26,101 nucleotides of DNA from Candidatus Bathyarchaeia archaeon (GCA_050012255.1 JBEKHN010000024.1:1-26101); one strand, 5' to 3'; positions 8,677-17,191 are shown, counted from the stretch's first letter. A program made the numbers and translations. Notes: generated by a model from the sequence alone, not told the origin.

Positions 8677-8720
8677 CATAACCTCCGTTTTTAGTGTACC
8701 TCGTTGATGCTTTTGTATAC
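8677..8720 (-). promoter_or_regulatory. Orphan leader + RBS + ATG cut at a GC motif
   Basis: Minus strand GTATACAAAAGCATCAACGAGGTACACTAAAAACGGAGGTTATG, then GCGCGCGCGC. Confidence 0.55.
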
Positions 8721-8762
8721 AGACTTTACATTTGTCAATCTTCTGGATGTTTCCAGAATCTG

Positions 8763-8804
8763 GTTATGCGATAGATGTTATGCGATAGATGTTATGCGAT
8801 AGAT
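8763..8804 (+). repeat. 14-bp tandem repeat x3
   Basis: GTTATGCGATAGAT x3, perfect. Confidence 0.95.
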
Positions 8805-8865
8805 TGAGCTAGGTTCAACTATTTCAGAAAGTCTATTTTTCGATCGAGCGACCGGGGCGTTTTGA

Positions 8866-9342
8866 TTACTTGAGAAGTTCTGTGGCTTTTTCGATGGCAA
8901 ACCTAATTCGTTCTGTGCATGCATAGTCATGCACACTTCTGTAATACTCTTTGAATCCTTCAGCAGTCTTAATGTCAAGACCAGTGAGCTCTCGGCATGA
9001 TGTGGCTCCAAATCTTTCCTTGAAAACTCTGATGAACTCGTCCACCTTTGACCAAGTAGCTTGTGGGTTTTCAACATTGCTTTTTCTACCGTACTTGATT
9101 CCGATGGCCATGGCTACGCCTGATATTGATCCGCAAGTAAGTCCGTTCAACGAAAAACCAGCACCAACACCAGTGGCTATCTTCGGGATCAATTCTGATC
9201 TGACACCTAAGAATTCAGCAAGCGGAAGAAGAACGCTTTCACAACAATTGTATGGCCGACCTTCAGGGAAGTTGGCTGGCCTTTGCTGGAAATTCTTAAC
9301 AGCTTCCTCCTGAAGATTTTTCACGATTGACAAGGAAAACAA
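8866..9342 (-). CDS. C-GCAxxG-C-C family putative redox-active protein
   Basis: YNCCESV, GVGAGF..GLTCGSISG, FGATSCREL, terminal C. Confidence 0.88.
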   Translation of the reverse strand: MFSLSIVKNLQEEAVKNFQQRPANFPEGRPYNCCESVLLPLAEFLGVRSELIPKIATGVGAGFSLNGLTCGSISGVAMAIGIKYGRKSNVENPQATWSKVDEFIRVFKERFGATSCRELTGLDIKTAEGFKEYYRSVHDYACTERIRFAIEKATELLK

Positions 9343-9399
9343 CCCTCTTCAGAAAATTGGCCGCGTGGTTTTCAGACGTTTGGAAATACGAAGATCGCT

Positions 9400-9675
9400 T
9401 TATCTTCGCAACTTTCTTGCTTCTTCTTGTGGAATGGCAACCAGTGTTTCTGTTGCAGCCTTGTCAGAGAACATCATTCCGGCCATCATAGCTTCCTTTT
9501 CGCTTGGAGCTTCATAAAGTATCACCATGTCGTATCGCCTAAGCGTGTTCAGAACCTGATGTATTTTAATGCCTGCAGGCGGATGTTTCATAAACTTTTC
9601 AGATTTCTTACTGAATTCCTCGTCAACTGCTCCTCTCATCTTGGCTAATACAACGAATAACATTATCACACCCAC
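9400..9675 (-). CDS. GYD-domain protein
   Basis: TLRRYDMVILYEAPSEKEA..TETLVAIP (G of GxYD replaced by R). Confidence 0.82.
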   Translation of the reverse strand: MGVIMLFVVLAKMRGAVDEEFSKKSEKFMKHPPAGIKIHQVLNTLRRYDMVILYEAPSEKEAMMAGMMFSDKAATETLVAIPQEEARKLRR

Positions 9676-9764
9676 TTGATTGTATATGCTTCAGCATTTT
9701 AGATTTTCCGTCGCACGTACACATAATGCCGCAACTATTCGGGCGGTATAGCGCGCGCTTCATG

Positions 9765-10013
9765 CTAATGTGCACTGGCTATGAGCTTTTTGAGTTCTTC
9801 AATGAATTGGTCTTGGGCCACTATGTGACAAGCATGTCCATCGGGCAAAATGATTACCTTGGGATTTGACTCCAACACCTTCGAAAGCAAGTCCACTATG
9901 CCAGGGTTTTCTCCGACCGAATCCTTTCCCTTGATCAACAAAACAGGCTTGTCACGAAGTAATTGCAGTCGAGCAACGTCATCCGTGTGCTCTATCACCG
10001 TGTGAAGACTCAA
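9765..10013 (-). pseudogene. C-terminal fragment of an alpha/beta hydrolase
   Basis: PVLLIKGKDS..VIILPDGHACHI..DQFIEELKKLI; no nucleophile elbow; fills the interval between GC motifs 9751 and 10016. Confidence 0.7.
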
Positions 10014-10084
10014 GAGCGCGCGCGCAATAAATGAGTGTTGAATACAATGCTCAATGTGATGCCTGAATATTTGGGTGGAGCAGG

Positions 10085-10807
10085 ATGAACAAACTAGTAG
10101 CCGTAGTCATTGCGATAATTGTAGTTGCTGCAGTTGTCATTGGAGCTGTTTCTTACTACAGCCTTACACAGAAGAGTAAGGAATTGCCAACAAGCACTGA
10201 ACACGTGGGTGGCAAATACAATGTTACACTCAGTTTCTTCAACAGCAGTGGAGCCCAAATGGAATATACAGATGAAACTGGAAGCCATTCGGGTTTCATA
10301 ATTTTTGAACCTCAGATGAGGACTGGTTTGGATTGGATCAAGAATGCCACACCCGAAAACGCAGTGTTTCTGTGCTGGTGGGATTATGGCCACATGATCA
10401 AAGGCTACGCCGAAAGAAGCGTCGTCGCTCGAAATCCCTCACACGAGTGGATAAACATGATTGCAGAGCCGTGGCGCTCTCAAGTAACCGAGTTTGATCC
10501 AAACGAAAAGATCGTGGACATCGCCAAGGCCCTGACGACAAGCAATTCTACCGAGACGTTGCAGACTATGCAGAAATATGGTGCTACATATGTTGTCGTT
10601 TACAAGGATGATTTGCTCAAATCATCCTGGATGTACAAAGTCGCCGGGTTGGATCCGCCCACTCAATACGTAACGTACCAGAATTCTACTTACACATTCA
10701 CCGATGCTGGAATGAACACAATGATCTCCAGGCTTCTGGACAACAGAGACACAGGCCTCACCCTAGCCTACCAAGATGCCGTGATGAAAGTCTACGAGAA
10801 AGACTAG
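10085..10807 (+). CDS. Membrane-anchored stand-alone STT3/AglB C-terminal core-domain protein
   Basis: One N-terminal TM; LDWIKNATPENAVFLCWWDYGHMI; YGATYVVV..DLLK (DK-like motif). Confidence 0.85.
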   Translation: MNKLVAVVIAIIVVAAVVIGAVSYYSLTQKSKELPTSTEHVGGKYNVTLSFFNSSGAQMEYTDETGSHSGFIIFEPQMRTGLDWIKNATPENAVFLCWWDYGHMIKGYAERSVVARNPSHEWINMIAEPWRSQVTEFDPNEKIVDIAKALTTSNSTETLQTMQKYGATYVVVYKDDLLKSSWMYKVAGLDPPTQYVTYQNSTYTFTDAGMNTMISRLLDNRDTGLTLAYQDAVMKVYEKD

Positions 10808-11056
10808 AAAGCGCGCGCGAGTGGCACACTGGGTAACACAACAGCTACGCTTACCGGCACGCAAGTCATTGTTCATCCTCAGGGCCGCATGATCCAAGTA
10901 AAGGTCAATCCCCCGAGATTTCCATTCTTACTTTCCCTATTTCAATTGGCCATAATTGCGCGGGCGCAACTCGAAGGAGAGAAGTTCTAGAAGAAAATAC
11001 CATATCTGTTAAGTATGGGTCCAAACAAAACCAACTTGCATAAAGGAGCATAAACA

Positions 11057-11752
11057 ATGATGAAACTCAAATTGTTGACTTTGACTCTAGTGCTTGCTAT
11101 ACTGATGCCCACAACTCTTCTGTCAACATGCAAAGCTCAGACAGAACAAGTGTCACTGAAGTTCAACGCGGTTGCTACAGGGGAATGCCTGGTGCTAATT
11201 GAGAGTATCCTCGGTCCTCAACCACCAAAAGCATTTTTCATAGCGCGAGGCGCGATTGCAATCAGCGGCTCCGCATTGGCCACCGAAGTTCCACCAAGCC
11301 AAGACGTCCCATTCCCATACTACATCACAAATGATGGTGTCAATGCGGTCGGTGCGATTTCCGCAAGAGGGGAGGGCCAAATGATCACTGCACACCTCTA
11401 CTCAGAAGGCGAAGTTAGCGGGCTATTTGCAAACTTAAATGACGCAGACTGGTTCTTTGCAGGAGCTCTGCCAGGGGGATCATTGACTCCATCGATGTCC
11501 TACGAGGGATTATACAAAGATTCCACAGGGGTTCACAAAGTATCTGGAAAAGCCGCGGTTCTTGCATGTCTGATGGGTGATCCTGGTTCCCAATTCTGGG
11601 GAATCGGAGCAATACTTTTGAAACCAGACGGCTCTCCGCTGCTGTCCATAGTATGGGCTCTCACTGACGTAACTCTAGGTCCAGGCGGCGCAATGGGCAC
11701 TCTACATGCTGCAAACCAATTCATACACTCCGTAAGGGTTAGAGCGCCCTAG
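11057..11752 (+). CDS. Secreted hypothetical protein
   Basis: AAGGAG RBS, signal peptide MKLKLLTLTLVLAILMP..CKA; pyrimidine tract after the stop. Confidence 0.75.
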   Translation: MMKLKLLTLTLVLAILMPTTLLSTCKAQTEQVSLKFNAVATGECLVLIESILGPQPPKAFFIARGAIAISGSALATEVPPSQDVPFPYYITNDGVNAVGAISARGEGQMITAHLYSEGEVSGLFANLNDADWFFAGALPGGSLTPSMSYEGLYKDSTGVHKVSGKAAVLACLMGDPGSQFWGIGAILLKPDGSPLLSIVWALTDVTLGPGGAMGTLHAANQFIHSVRVRAP

Positions 11753-11753
11753 C

Positions 11754-11779
11754 TTCCCTTTCTCTCTTTTTCTTTCTTT
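11754..11779 (+). terminator. Archaeal oligo-pyrimidine terminator
   Basis: TTCCCTTTCTCTCTTTTTCTTTCTTT directly after the stop. Confidence 0.5.
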
Positions 11780-11800
11780 GTCATGGGCAGGTAGCGCGCT

Positions 11801-11944
11801 AGCGTGTTCCTAAATTCCTCTTTTTAAGTGTGATAGAGTTGATTTGCGCCTTCTGAACGATGCTCATCGTATCCCGGCGTCCATCACTATCCATAGACGG
11901 AGTAAAGCCGGAAGCACAAGATACTCTGCAAACGAATTTAGGAA
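11801..11944 (-). mobile_element. MITE copy 2, inverted, with the last ~6 nt replaced by the GC motif
   Basis: 4 substitutions versus copy 1; preceded by AGCGCGCT; ends AATTTAGGAA|GCGCGCGCGC. Confidence 0.92.
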
Positions 11945-12024
11945 GCGCGCGCGCTACAGTGACATCATACAAATCAGAAGAATGCATAGTGTAGCAATTG
12001 AGATACGGTCTTTGTTCATTTCTT

Positions 12025-12531
12025 TCACCACGAGTAACCGTTCAGCGCAAAACCGCTTCCTACTTCGATATTTTGCAGTACTCCAACCACGTGCATATCA
12101 CCATGACCGACGAACTGGCCTTCAACAATCTGGTTGCCGTCAATTGTCGGATGCACGATGCGTGCCTTTGCCACTCCTTCTACGATCCTGCCGTTATCGA
12201 ATGTTATCACGAATTGCACTATACTCGTTCCTTGAGCATCATACAAACCATTTGGACCCAGCCTCGCCACAAGCATAATGGTCAAGTCTACTCTTCCAAT
12301 GCGATGATTGCCATATTGATCGCCGAACTCATCCGTCACAAAGCCCCATTGAGTTCCATCAAGTATGAACAAGTTCTCGTTGAATTCTACTTTGCCTCTA
12401 AAGTTTTCAGGAGCAGCATATACCTTCACAAAGAACATTGACTGATTAGGTGCAGCATTTGCCAGTGGCATCAACGTGCAGAACAACAAAAAAAATGTGA
12501 ATACTAGAATCTTTGATTTTGACATGATCAA
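12025..12531 (-). CDS. Secreted beta-rich hypothetical protein
   Basis: Signal peptide MSKSKILVFTFFLLFCTLMPLANA; GAGGT RBS upstream. Confidence 0.72.
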   Translation of the reverse strand: MIMSKSKILVFTFFLLFCTLMPLANAAPNQSMFFVKVYAAPENFRGKVEFNENLFILDGTQWGFVTDEFGDQYGNHRIGRVDLTIMLVARLGPNGLYDAQGTSIVQFVITFDNGRIVEGVAKARIVHPTIDGNQIVEGQFVGHGDMHVVGVLQNIEVGSGFALNGYSW

Positions 12532-12841
12532 AGCCGGTACCTCTTCTTGTCGTCGCCTGCATAAAAGCTCAACTGAAGTCAGTTAAAAGCTTTCAGAAAG
12601 TATCTTCTAGAACGGAATATCATCCACCTTAAAAGGCTGACGCGCGCGCTATTAACTAAGTAAGGTAATAGCGTAGAAACAAAAAGTTTCTTCCTTGCGC
12701 GCGCGCAAACAGCTAGCGCGTGCGAGTTTTCCCGCGGTAATAACTCACTTTGCGGTCTCTTGGTTCTCTTATCCGCTATCGCCAAGAGAAGAAGGGAGGC
12801 TATGGGTAATGTTCTAGGAAGTGGTCTGCCAATATTATGGG

Positions 12842-15220
12842 TCAGTGTTTTCCGAAGTTTATGGCTAAGATGATGATGTCAAAGATGTCTATGACATTAT
12901 CTTCGTTAAGGTCTACTTCAGGATTCCATCTGGGATGGCCAGGATAGGATCCGAATGACAATGCTGCAAGCGTCGCATCAAATATGTCTACTATTCCATC
13001 TTGGTTCAGGTCTCCAGAAATAGGAACGTACGGTTGCATTAGTGGGTAGGGATCAAAATTGAGTGTGTCAATGACATACCAACTGTCTCCTAATCCGTCG
13101 CTTCCGGTTTCATTTTGATAGGGACCACTGTACACGTCAGTGCCATTGTAGTCGCTCCAGTAGTTTCCACCCTGCGGGTAACCCATAAACCAAAGGTTCA
13201 AGTGACTTGCTCTCGCTTGATAGGGTGTGTTGTTGATGAAGTTGTTGTGGAAAACGATGTTCCCAAAACCGACAAAAATGCCACCGTAATTATTATCTAT
13301 CACCGTGTTGCCATAAACCAGGTTAGCCTGCGAATCGCTATAGATAGTTATGCCCCCAAAGTCACTGTCCGTCACGATGTTGCCGCAAATACGGTTGCCA
13401 CCGCCCCCATTCCCCATAATGGTGATGCCGCCTCCATATATCCATACCTGCCACGGCACTTCTGGATAATAGAAAACATCCATCTCCCTCGGGACTTGCG
13501 CGAGCCCTCGCTGCCACCAGTCAGTCAAGAATACGCTACTCTCAGCCACCCGATTTTTGGAAATGAAGTTGCTACTTGCGACAGCGTATATTCCAGTAGG
13601 GTTTCTGAGCACCGTATTATTCGATATAGTCGTGTAATCGCTGAGTATAAACATGCCAACAGCGTTGTCCGTCACAGTGTTTCCCTTGATAGTAGTCCAC
13701 AGAGAGGAAGCGCCCTGCGCGGGTGTTTCCCTCACGAGGATGCCGTATGTAGTGTTTGTTATCGAATTCTCTGCGATTACTGTGCTGTTTGATCCTGAAA
13801 CGAACACGCCTTGAACGTTATTCGACAGGTTTAACCCTTCGACTAGGATGTTTGCTGAATCAACTAACATCACGTACCCAGCGTTTGTTGGAACCTTCAT
13901 GTCGTGCTGGTTTGTCCAGTAGACTATTGGTTTCCCGTTTACAGTGTTAGACGTATCAACATCATTTGTCAGGAGATCACGTACGGCGAATTCGCGCTGG
14001 TATTCATATGGAGATACACCGAAGGCTTCTTGTCCGCCGCTGATATTGTTGCTCCTCATCGTCGTAAATCTTGTGAACTCTCCCAGGTAGATGCCGTTCA
14101 GATTATCCTCAAGCGTATTCCCAACGACAGTGTTGTTGTTGCTGTATATCCATTCGTATATGCCGTAAGCGCTCTTCGTAATGTTGTTGTTGATTATCGA
14201 AGTGTTGTTTGAAAAGAGAAGCAGTATCCCCTGGAGGTTGTTTGATAAACTGCAGGAACTTATCGTGATGTTGTTGCATTCGTTCAGCCATACGTATCCA
14301 GCATCAGCTGGGATATGTTCATTACTTCGATTATCCCAGCAGTAGACGGGTTTTCCATTCACTGTGTTGGAAGAGTCTACGTCATTGACAATTCCATGTC
14401 TCGCGGGCCGATCGCCCCCAGCGAAGAGTGGTGTTTGTCCGCCTAGAATAAGCCCAAAGTTGTATGTGTTGTCGGTCATGTTGTTGTTTCTAAGTATGTT
14501 GTCGTTGGTATCTCCTTCAAGGGTTATGCCGTGTCCATTGTTCAAAACAGTGTTGTTGATTATGATGTTATTAGCAGAGCTGCGAAGATGGATGCCGAAC
14601 AACGTGTTGTTTGCTACGATGTTGTCGGAGACGGTATTGTTTGCACAACTTCGTAGCAGAATACCTCCATAAAGATTGTCTATGATTTGGTTGCCTTCTA
14701 TTCTACTGCCTGTGAACGCCGGAAGTAATCCCCACCACCACACAACAACACCGTATTCTCCGTTTCTCACTGTAAATCCGCTTATGCTAGAATTATCACT
14801 CTCAAGCCATATTGTTCCCCTTTCTCCTGTTCTGTTTCCATCGACAATCGTATTATCCCTGTTTTCTCCGACAAGAGAAACTGTCTGGTTTACCCGCACG
14901 TTTTCATAGTAAGTCCCGTTGTGCACAAAAATAGTATCTCCATCACTTGCGGCGTTTATGGCGTCCTGTATTTTCGAAAAGTCTGCTGGTCCATCATCAT
15001 CCACTGTCCAAGTCCGCGGTCCCGCCTTAACCGTTTGAGTCTCAAACCCCAAAGTCAACATGCTCATTACAAGCAAAGACAACATTAAGATAGAAAAAGT
15101 CTTCCGCAACAATCCGACTGTCCTCTCTCTAAACTCCAGATGAATGCGCGGTGATAAAAGAGTTTTGAATGAATCAGCCATCATCTTCTTCACCCACGGT
15201 TTCTGTTCACGCCCTCCCAT
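12842..15220 (-). CDS. Secreted NosD/CASH right-handed parallel beta-helix protein with C-terminal dockerin; true start probably near 15111
   Basis: WTVDDDGPADFSKIQDAINAASDGDTIFVHNGTYYENV, many N-rich GI-x-L repeats, GGNYWSDY, GDLNQDGIVDIFD..DLNEDNVIDIFD. Confidence 0.92.
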   Translation of the reverse strand: MGGREQKPWVKKMMADSFKTLLSPRIHLEFRERTVGLLRKTFSILMLSLLVMSMLTLGFETQTVKAGPRTWTVDDDGPADFSKIQDAINAASDGDTIFVHNGTYYENVRVNQTVSLVGENRDNTIVDGNRTGERGTIWLESDNSSISGFTVRNGEYGVVVWWWGLLPAFTGSRIEGNQIIDNLYGGILLRSCANNTVSDNIVANNTLFGIHLRSSANNIIINNTVLNNGHGITLEGDTNDNILRNNNMTDNTYNFGLILGGQTPLFAGGDRPARHGIVNDVDSSNTVNGKPVYCWDNRSNEHIPADAGYVWLNECNNITISSCSLSNNLQGILLLFSNNTSIINNNITKSAYGIYEWIYSNNNTVVGNTLEDNLNGIYLGEFTRFTTMRSNNISGGQEAFGVSPYEYQREFAVRDLLTNDVDTSNTVNGKPIVYWTNQHDMKVPTNAGYVMLVDSANILVEGLNLSNNVQGVFVSGSNSTVIAENSITNTTYGILVRETPAQGASSLWTTIKGNTVTDNAVGMFILSDYTTISNNTVLRNPTGIYAVASSNFISKNRVAESSVFLTDWWQRGLAQVPREMDVFYYPEVPWQVWIYGGGITIMGNGGGGNRICGNIVTDSDFGGITIYSDSQANLVYGNTVIDNNYGGIFVGFGNIVFHNNFINNTPYQARASHLNLWFMGYPQGGNYWSDYNGTDVYSGPYQNETGSDGLGDSWYVIDTLNFDPYPLMQPYVPISGDLNQDGIVDIFDATLAALSFGSYPGHPRWNPEVDLNEDNVIDIFDIIILAINFGKH

Positions 15221-15254
15221 AATGCAGACTCAGCCTCAATGATCTGTGCACGCA

Positions 15255-16325
15255 TGCGTGTTCCTAAATCCGCTGAAGCGCAATAAGTTGAGTCCCGTAC
15301 CTCTTTTCTGGAGTTTATCAATGAAGGGATGCGAGACTCTTGAGACCTTGTTTGGCAAGGTCGATTTATCCTTTGTTGAGCCAGTGCTTAATGAGTCTTA
15401 CCACGTGGAAGGCTTTGTCGGCAGGCCGCCGAGGAAGCCGCATGGCGTCTTCAAGGCGCATCTGCCGAGAAGGATGAGGCATGTTTCGAGCGACAGAATG
15501 CTTGTGAGACAGTTGTGGAAGGATCTGCGGTTGAGGCGAATATGTGACTTAGAAGAAAGCGAGCCTCCATACGGGATAGCAGTGTTGTCCAGGTTCAGGA
15601 GGAAGGTTAGACCTGAAAGGTTGATGCGAATCGCTGACCACGCCATAGAAGTGCTTGTCAAGAAGTAAAGAATCAGGGGCGAGACACTAGCGTTGGATTC
15701 AACGTTCATCAAGGCCCACAGCCGCAGAAGCCTTGACGACCGCACGGCTACAGCGACCCTGAATCAAGGGTTGGAAGAGCAGTCAAGACGAGAGACTTGG
15801 GCTCAGGCTTCACTTAGCCGTGGACGCTAAGAGCGAATTGCCCGTCGCCATGACCGTGACCCCGGCAAACGAGAACGAGAAGAGAGACTCTCTTGAGTTG
15901 TTTGAGGAGGCGTCACGCCAAGTGAAGCTTTGGAGTCGCGCGTGCGTGGCTGACCCACAGTACGGTTCACAGAGCCTCAGGGAAGCAACGCTCAGGCAGG
16001 GATCTGTGCCGGTCATTCCGTACCCCAGAAATCAGCAGAAGGGCATCAAGGGCGTCCTCAGGATCGACAGAAGATTTAGGAGTCACGGATCCGAGCACCT
16101 CAGAAGGACATACAAGAAACGCGTCGGAGTCAAACGGGTCTCCAGAGGACTCAAGAACCTCGCGGGCTTAACCCAACACAACCTCTGAGGACTGGCCAAA
16201 ATCACGTTCCCCGCCCAACTCTGCCTACCAGCCAAACTACTCACAGTCCTAGCTGCGCTCAACACACACAAACCGAGCAAAACGAGAAGCATAAGATACT
16301 TCGCAACCTAATTTAGGAACACGCG
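15255..16325 (+). mobile_element. Defective IS5-family insertion sequence (ISH1-group-like), 1071 bp
   Basis: IRs TGCGTGTTCCTAAAT / ATTTAGGAACACGCG; flanking 8-mers TGCACGCA / TGCGCGCT; N-GC ends, ~1.1 kb size and 8-bp DR fit the ISH1 group as I recall it. Confidence 0.85.
15321..16311 (+). pseudogene. DDE transposase pseudogene
   Basis: GRPP, LALDSTFIKA, YSDPESRVG, LHLAVDAKSELPVA..TPANENE, VADPQY; stops at 15666 and 16186, frameshifts near 15745 and 15803, and the expected VER reads VKR. Confidence 0.88.
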
Positions 16326-16549
16326 TGCGCGCTTTGATCGAGTGTGCTGTGTGGAAGCCCTCCATTTGAGGGAAGGGTTAAGCGAAGCTTGAGATGCGAT
16401 AGACACGTGCAAATTCCTTGTCCTTATCCTGCTTCCAACCCCTTGAATGAAACCTGAATCCTGCTCCTTTTCCGAATCAGGTGTTAGAATCTCAGAGGGA
16501 TAAGTTATTTATGTCTATTCATCACTATTTTGTTTTTGGGGATGAGCGG

Positions 16550-16810
16550 TTGACTGAAGAAAACGTCGTCGAAGTGGGACGGATAACGCATTTTTTCTCA
16601 AAGATCAGCGTCGCCGTCATCGAACTCAGCAAGCCCTTGAAGGTTGGCGACACCATAGTTGTAAAGGGTCCAACGACGGATTTTGAGCAGCCTGTCGATT
16701 CGATGCAGATCGAGCACAAAGACGTTCAGAAGGCCGAAGCAGGGCAAAGCATCGGCTTAAAAGTTTTGCAGCGCGCTAGAGAAACTGACCTAGTGTACAA
16801 GAAGCTGTAG
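16550..16810 (+). CDS. Translation-elongation-factor-domain-2-like small beta-barrel protein
   Basis: VGRITHFFSKISVAVIELSKPLKVGDTI..DFEQPVDSMQIEHKDVQKAEAGQSIGLKV; TTG start chosen. Confidence 0.85.
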   Translation: MTEENVVEVGRITHFFSKISVAVIELSKPLKVGDTIVVKGPTTDFEQPVDSMQIEHKDVQKAEAGQSIGLKVLQRARETDLVYKKL

Positions 16811-16834
16811 GCAGCTTCCCCCTTTTTCCACTCT

Positions 16835-17191
16835 TTATCTGACCGGTTCTTCCCAGTCAGTTGCGCATCCGCCTTCTGGAACAAGAATTATCGTTGTTTC
16901 ATCCGGGATAGGCATCCGCGGGTTTTCTCTTACGCTGAGGAACATCCCTGACTTCGTGTATGCTTAAACTGCAACTTGGTTGTAGAATCTGCCCTCGACG
17001 GGATGATAGACCATTTCCATGAGGCACTTGAATCCTTTCACTGAAAACTCGCTGCACTTCTCCCTTATCATCTGGTCAACGGCATTGATGACATCAAGAA
17101 TAGAAGCGTCATCACCGAAAGAAAGTCGCAGACCGCTGGGAAAAACCCAGCTTACACTGGTTTGTCTGATAATCATAGTGACGGCTTTCAA
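16835..17191 (-). pseudogene. Possible ubiquitin-like (MoaD/ThiS/SAMP-type) protein interrupted by an in-frame TAA at 16964-16966
   Basis: Reading through gives ..DASILDVI..FYNQVAV*AYTKSGMFLSVRENPRMPIPDETTIILVPEGGCATDWEEPVR*. Confidence 0.55.

Larger units (their letters stand above)
4144..12706. repeat. Dispersed junction motif, consensus (T)AGCGCGCGCG
   Basis: CGCGCGCG cores start at 4144, 4506, 5365, 6261, 6441, 6604, 7950, 8007, 8668, 10017, 10812, 11946, 12641 and 12698; shorter or decayed variants at 4946, 5180, 6648, 9751, 10956, 12716 and 17777. Confidence 0.95.

Noticed and set aside
4144-12706. BssHII cut/fill-in/ligation artefact (would give GCGCGCGCGC)
   Set aside because: Half the sites are not the full 10-mer, parental sequences lack GCGCGC at the cuts, and decayed copies and IS target duplications exist. 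Not fully excluded without reads
4144-12706. Classical integron cassette array
   Set aside because: No attC (RYYYAAC...GTTRRRY) stems seen, mixed orientations, cuts inside genes, no intact IntI
16770-16778. AGCGCGCTA inside the EF-like gene as a junction
   Set aside because: The protein continues normally through it (QRARE); it is at most an unoccupied MITE target
16964-16966. Recoded stop (Sec/Pyl)
   Set aside because: The codon is TAA, not TGA or TAG; a nonsense mutation or sequencing error is simpler
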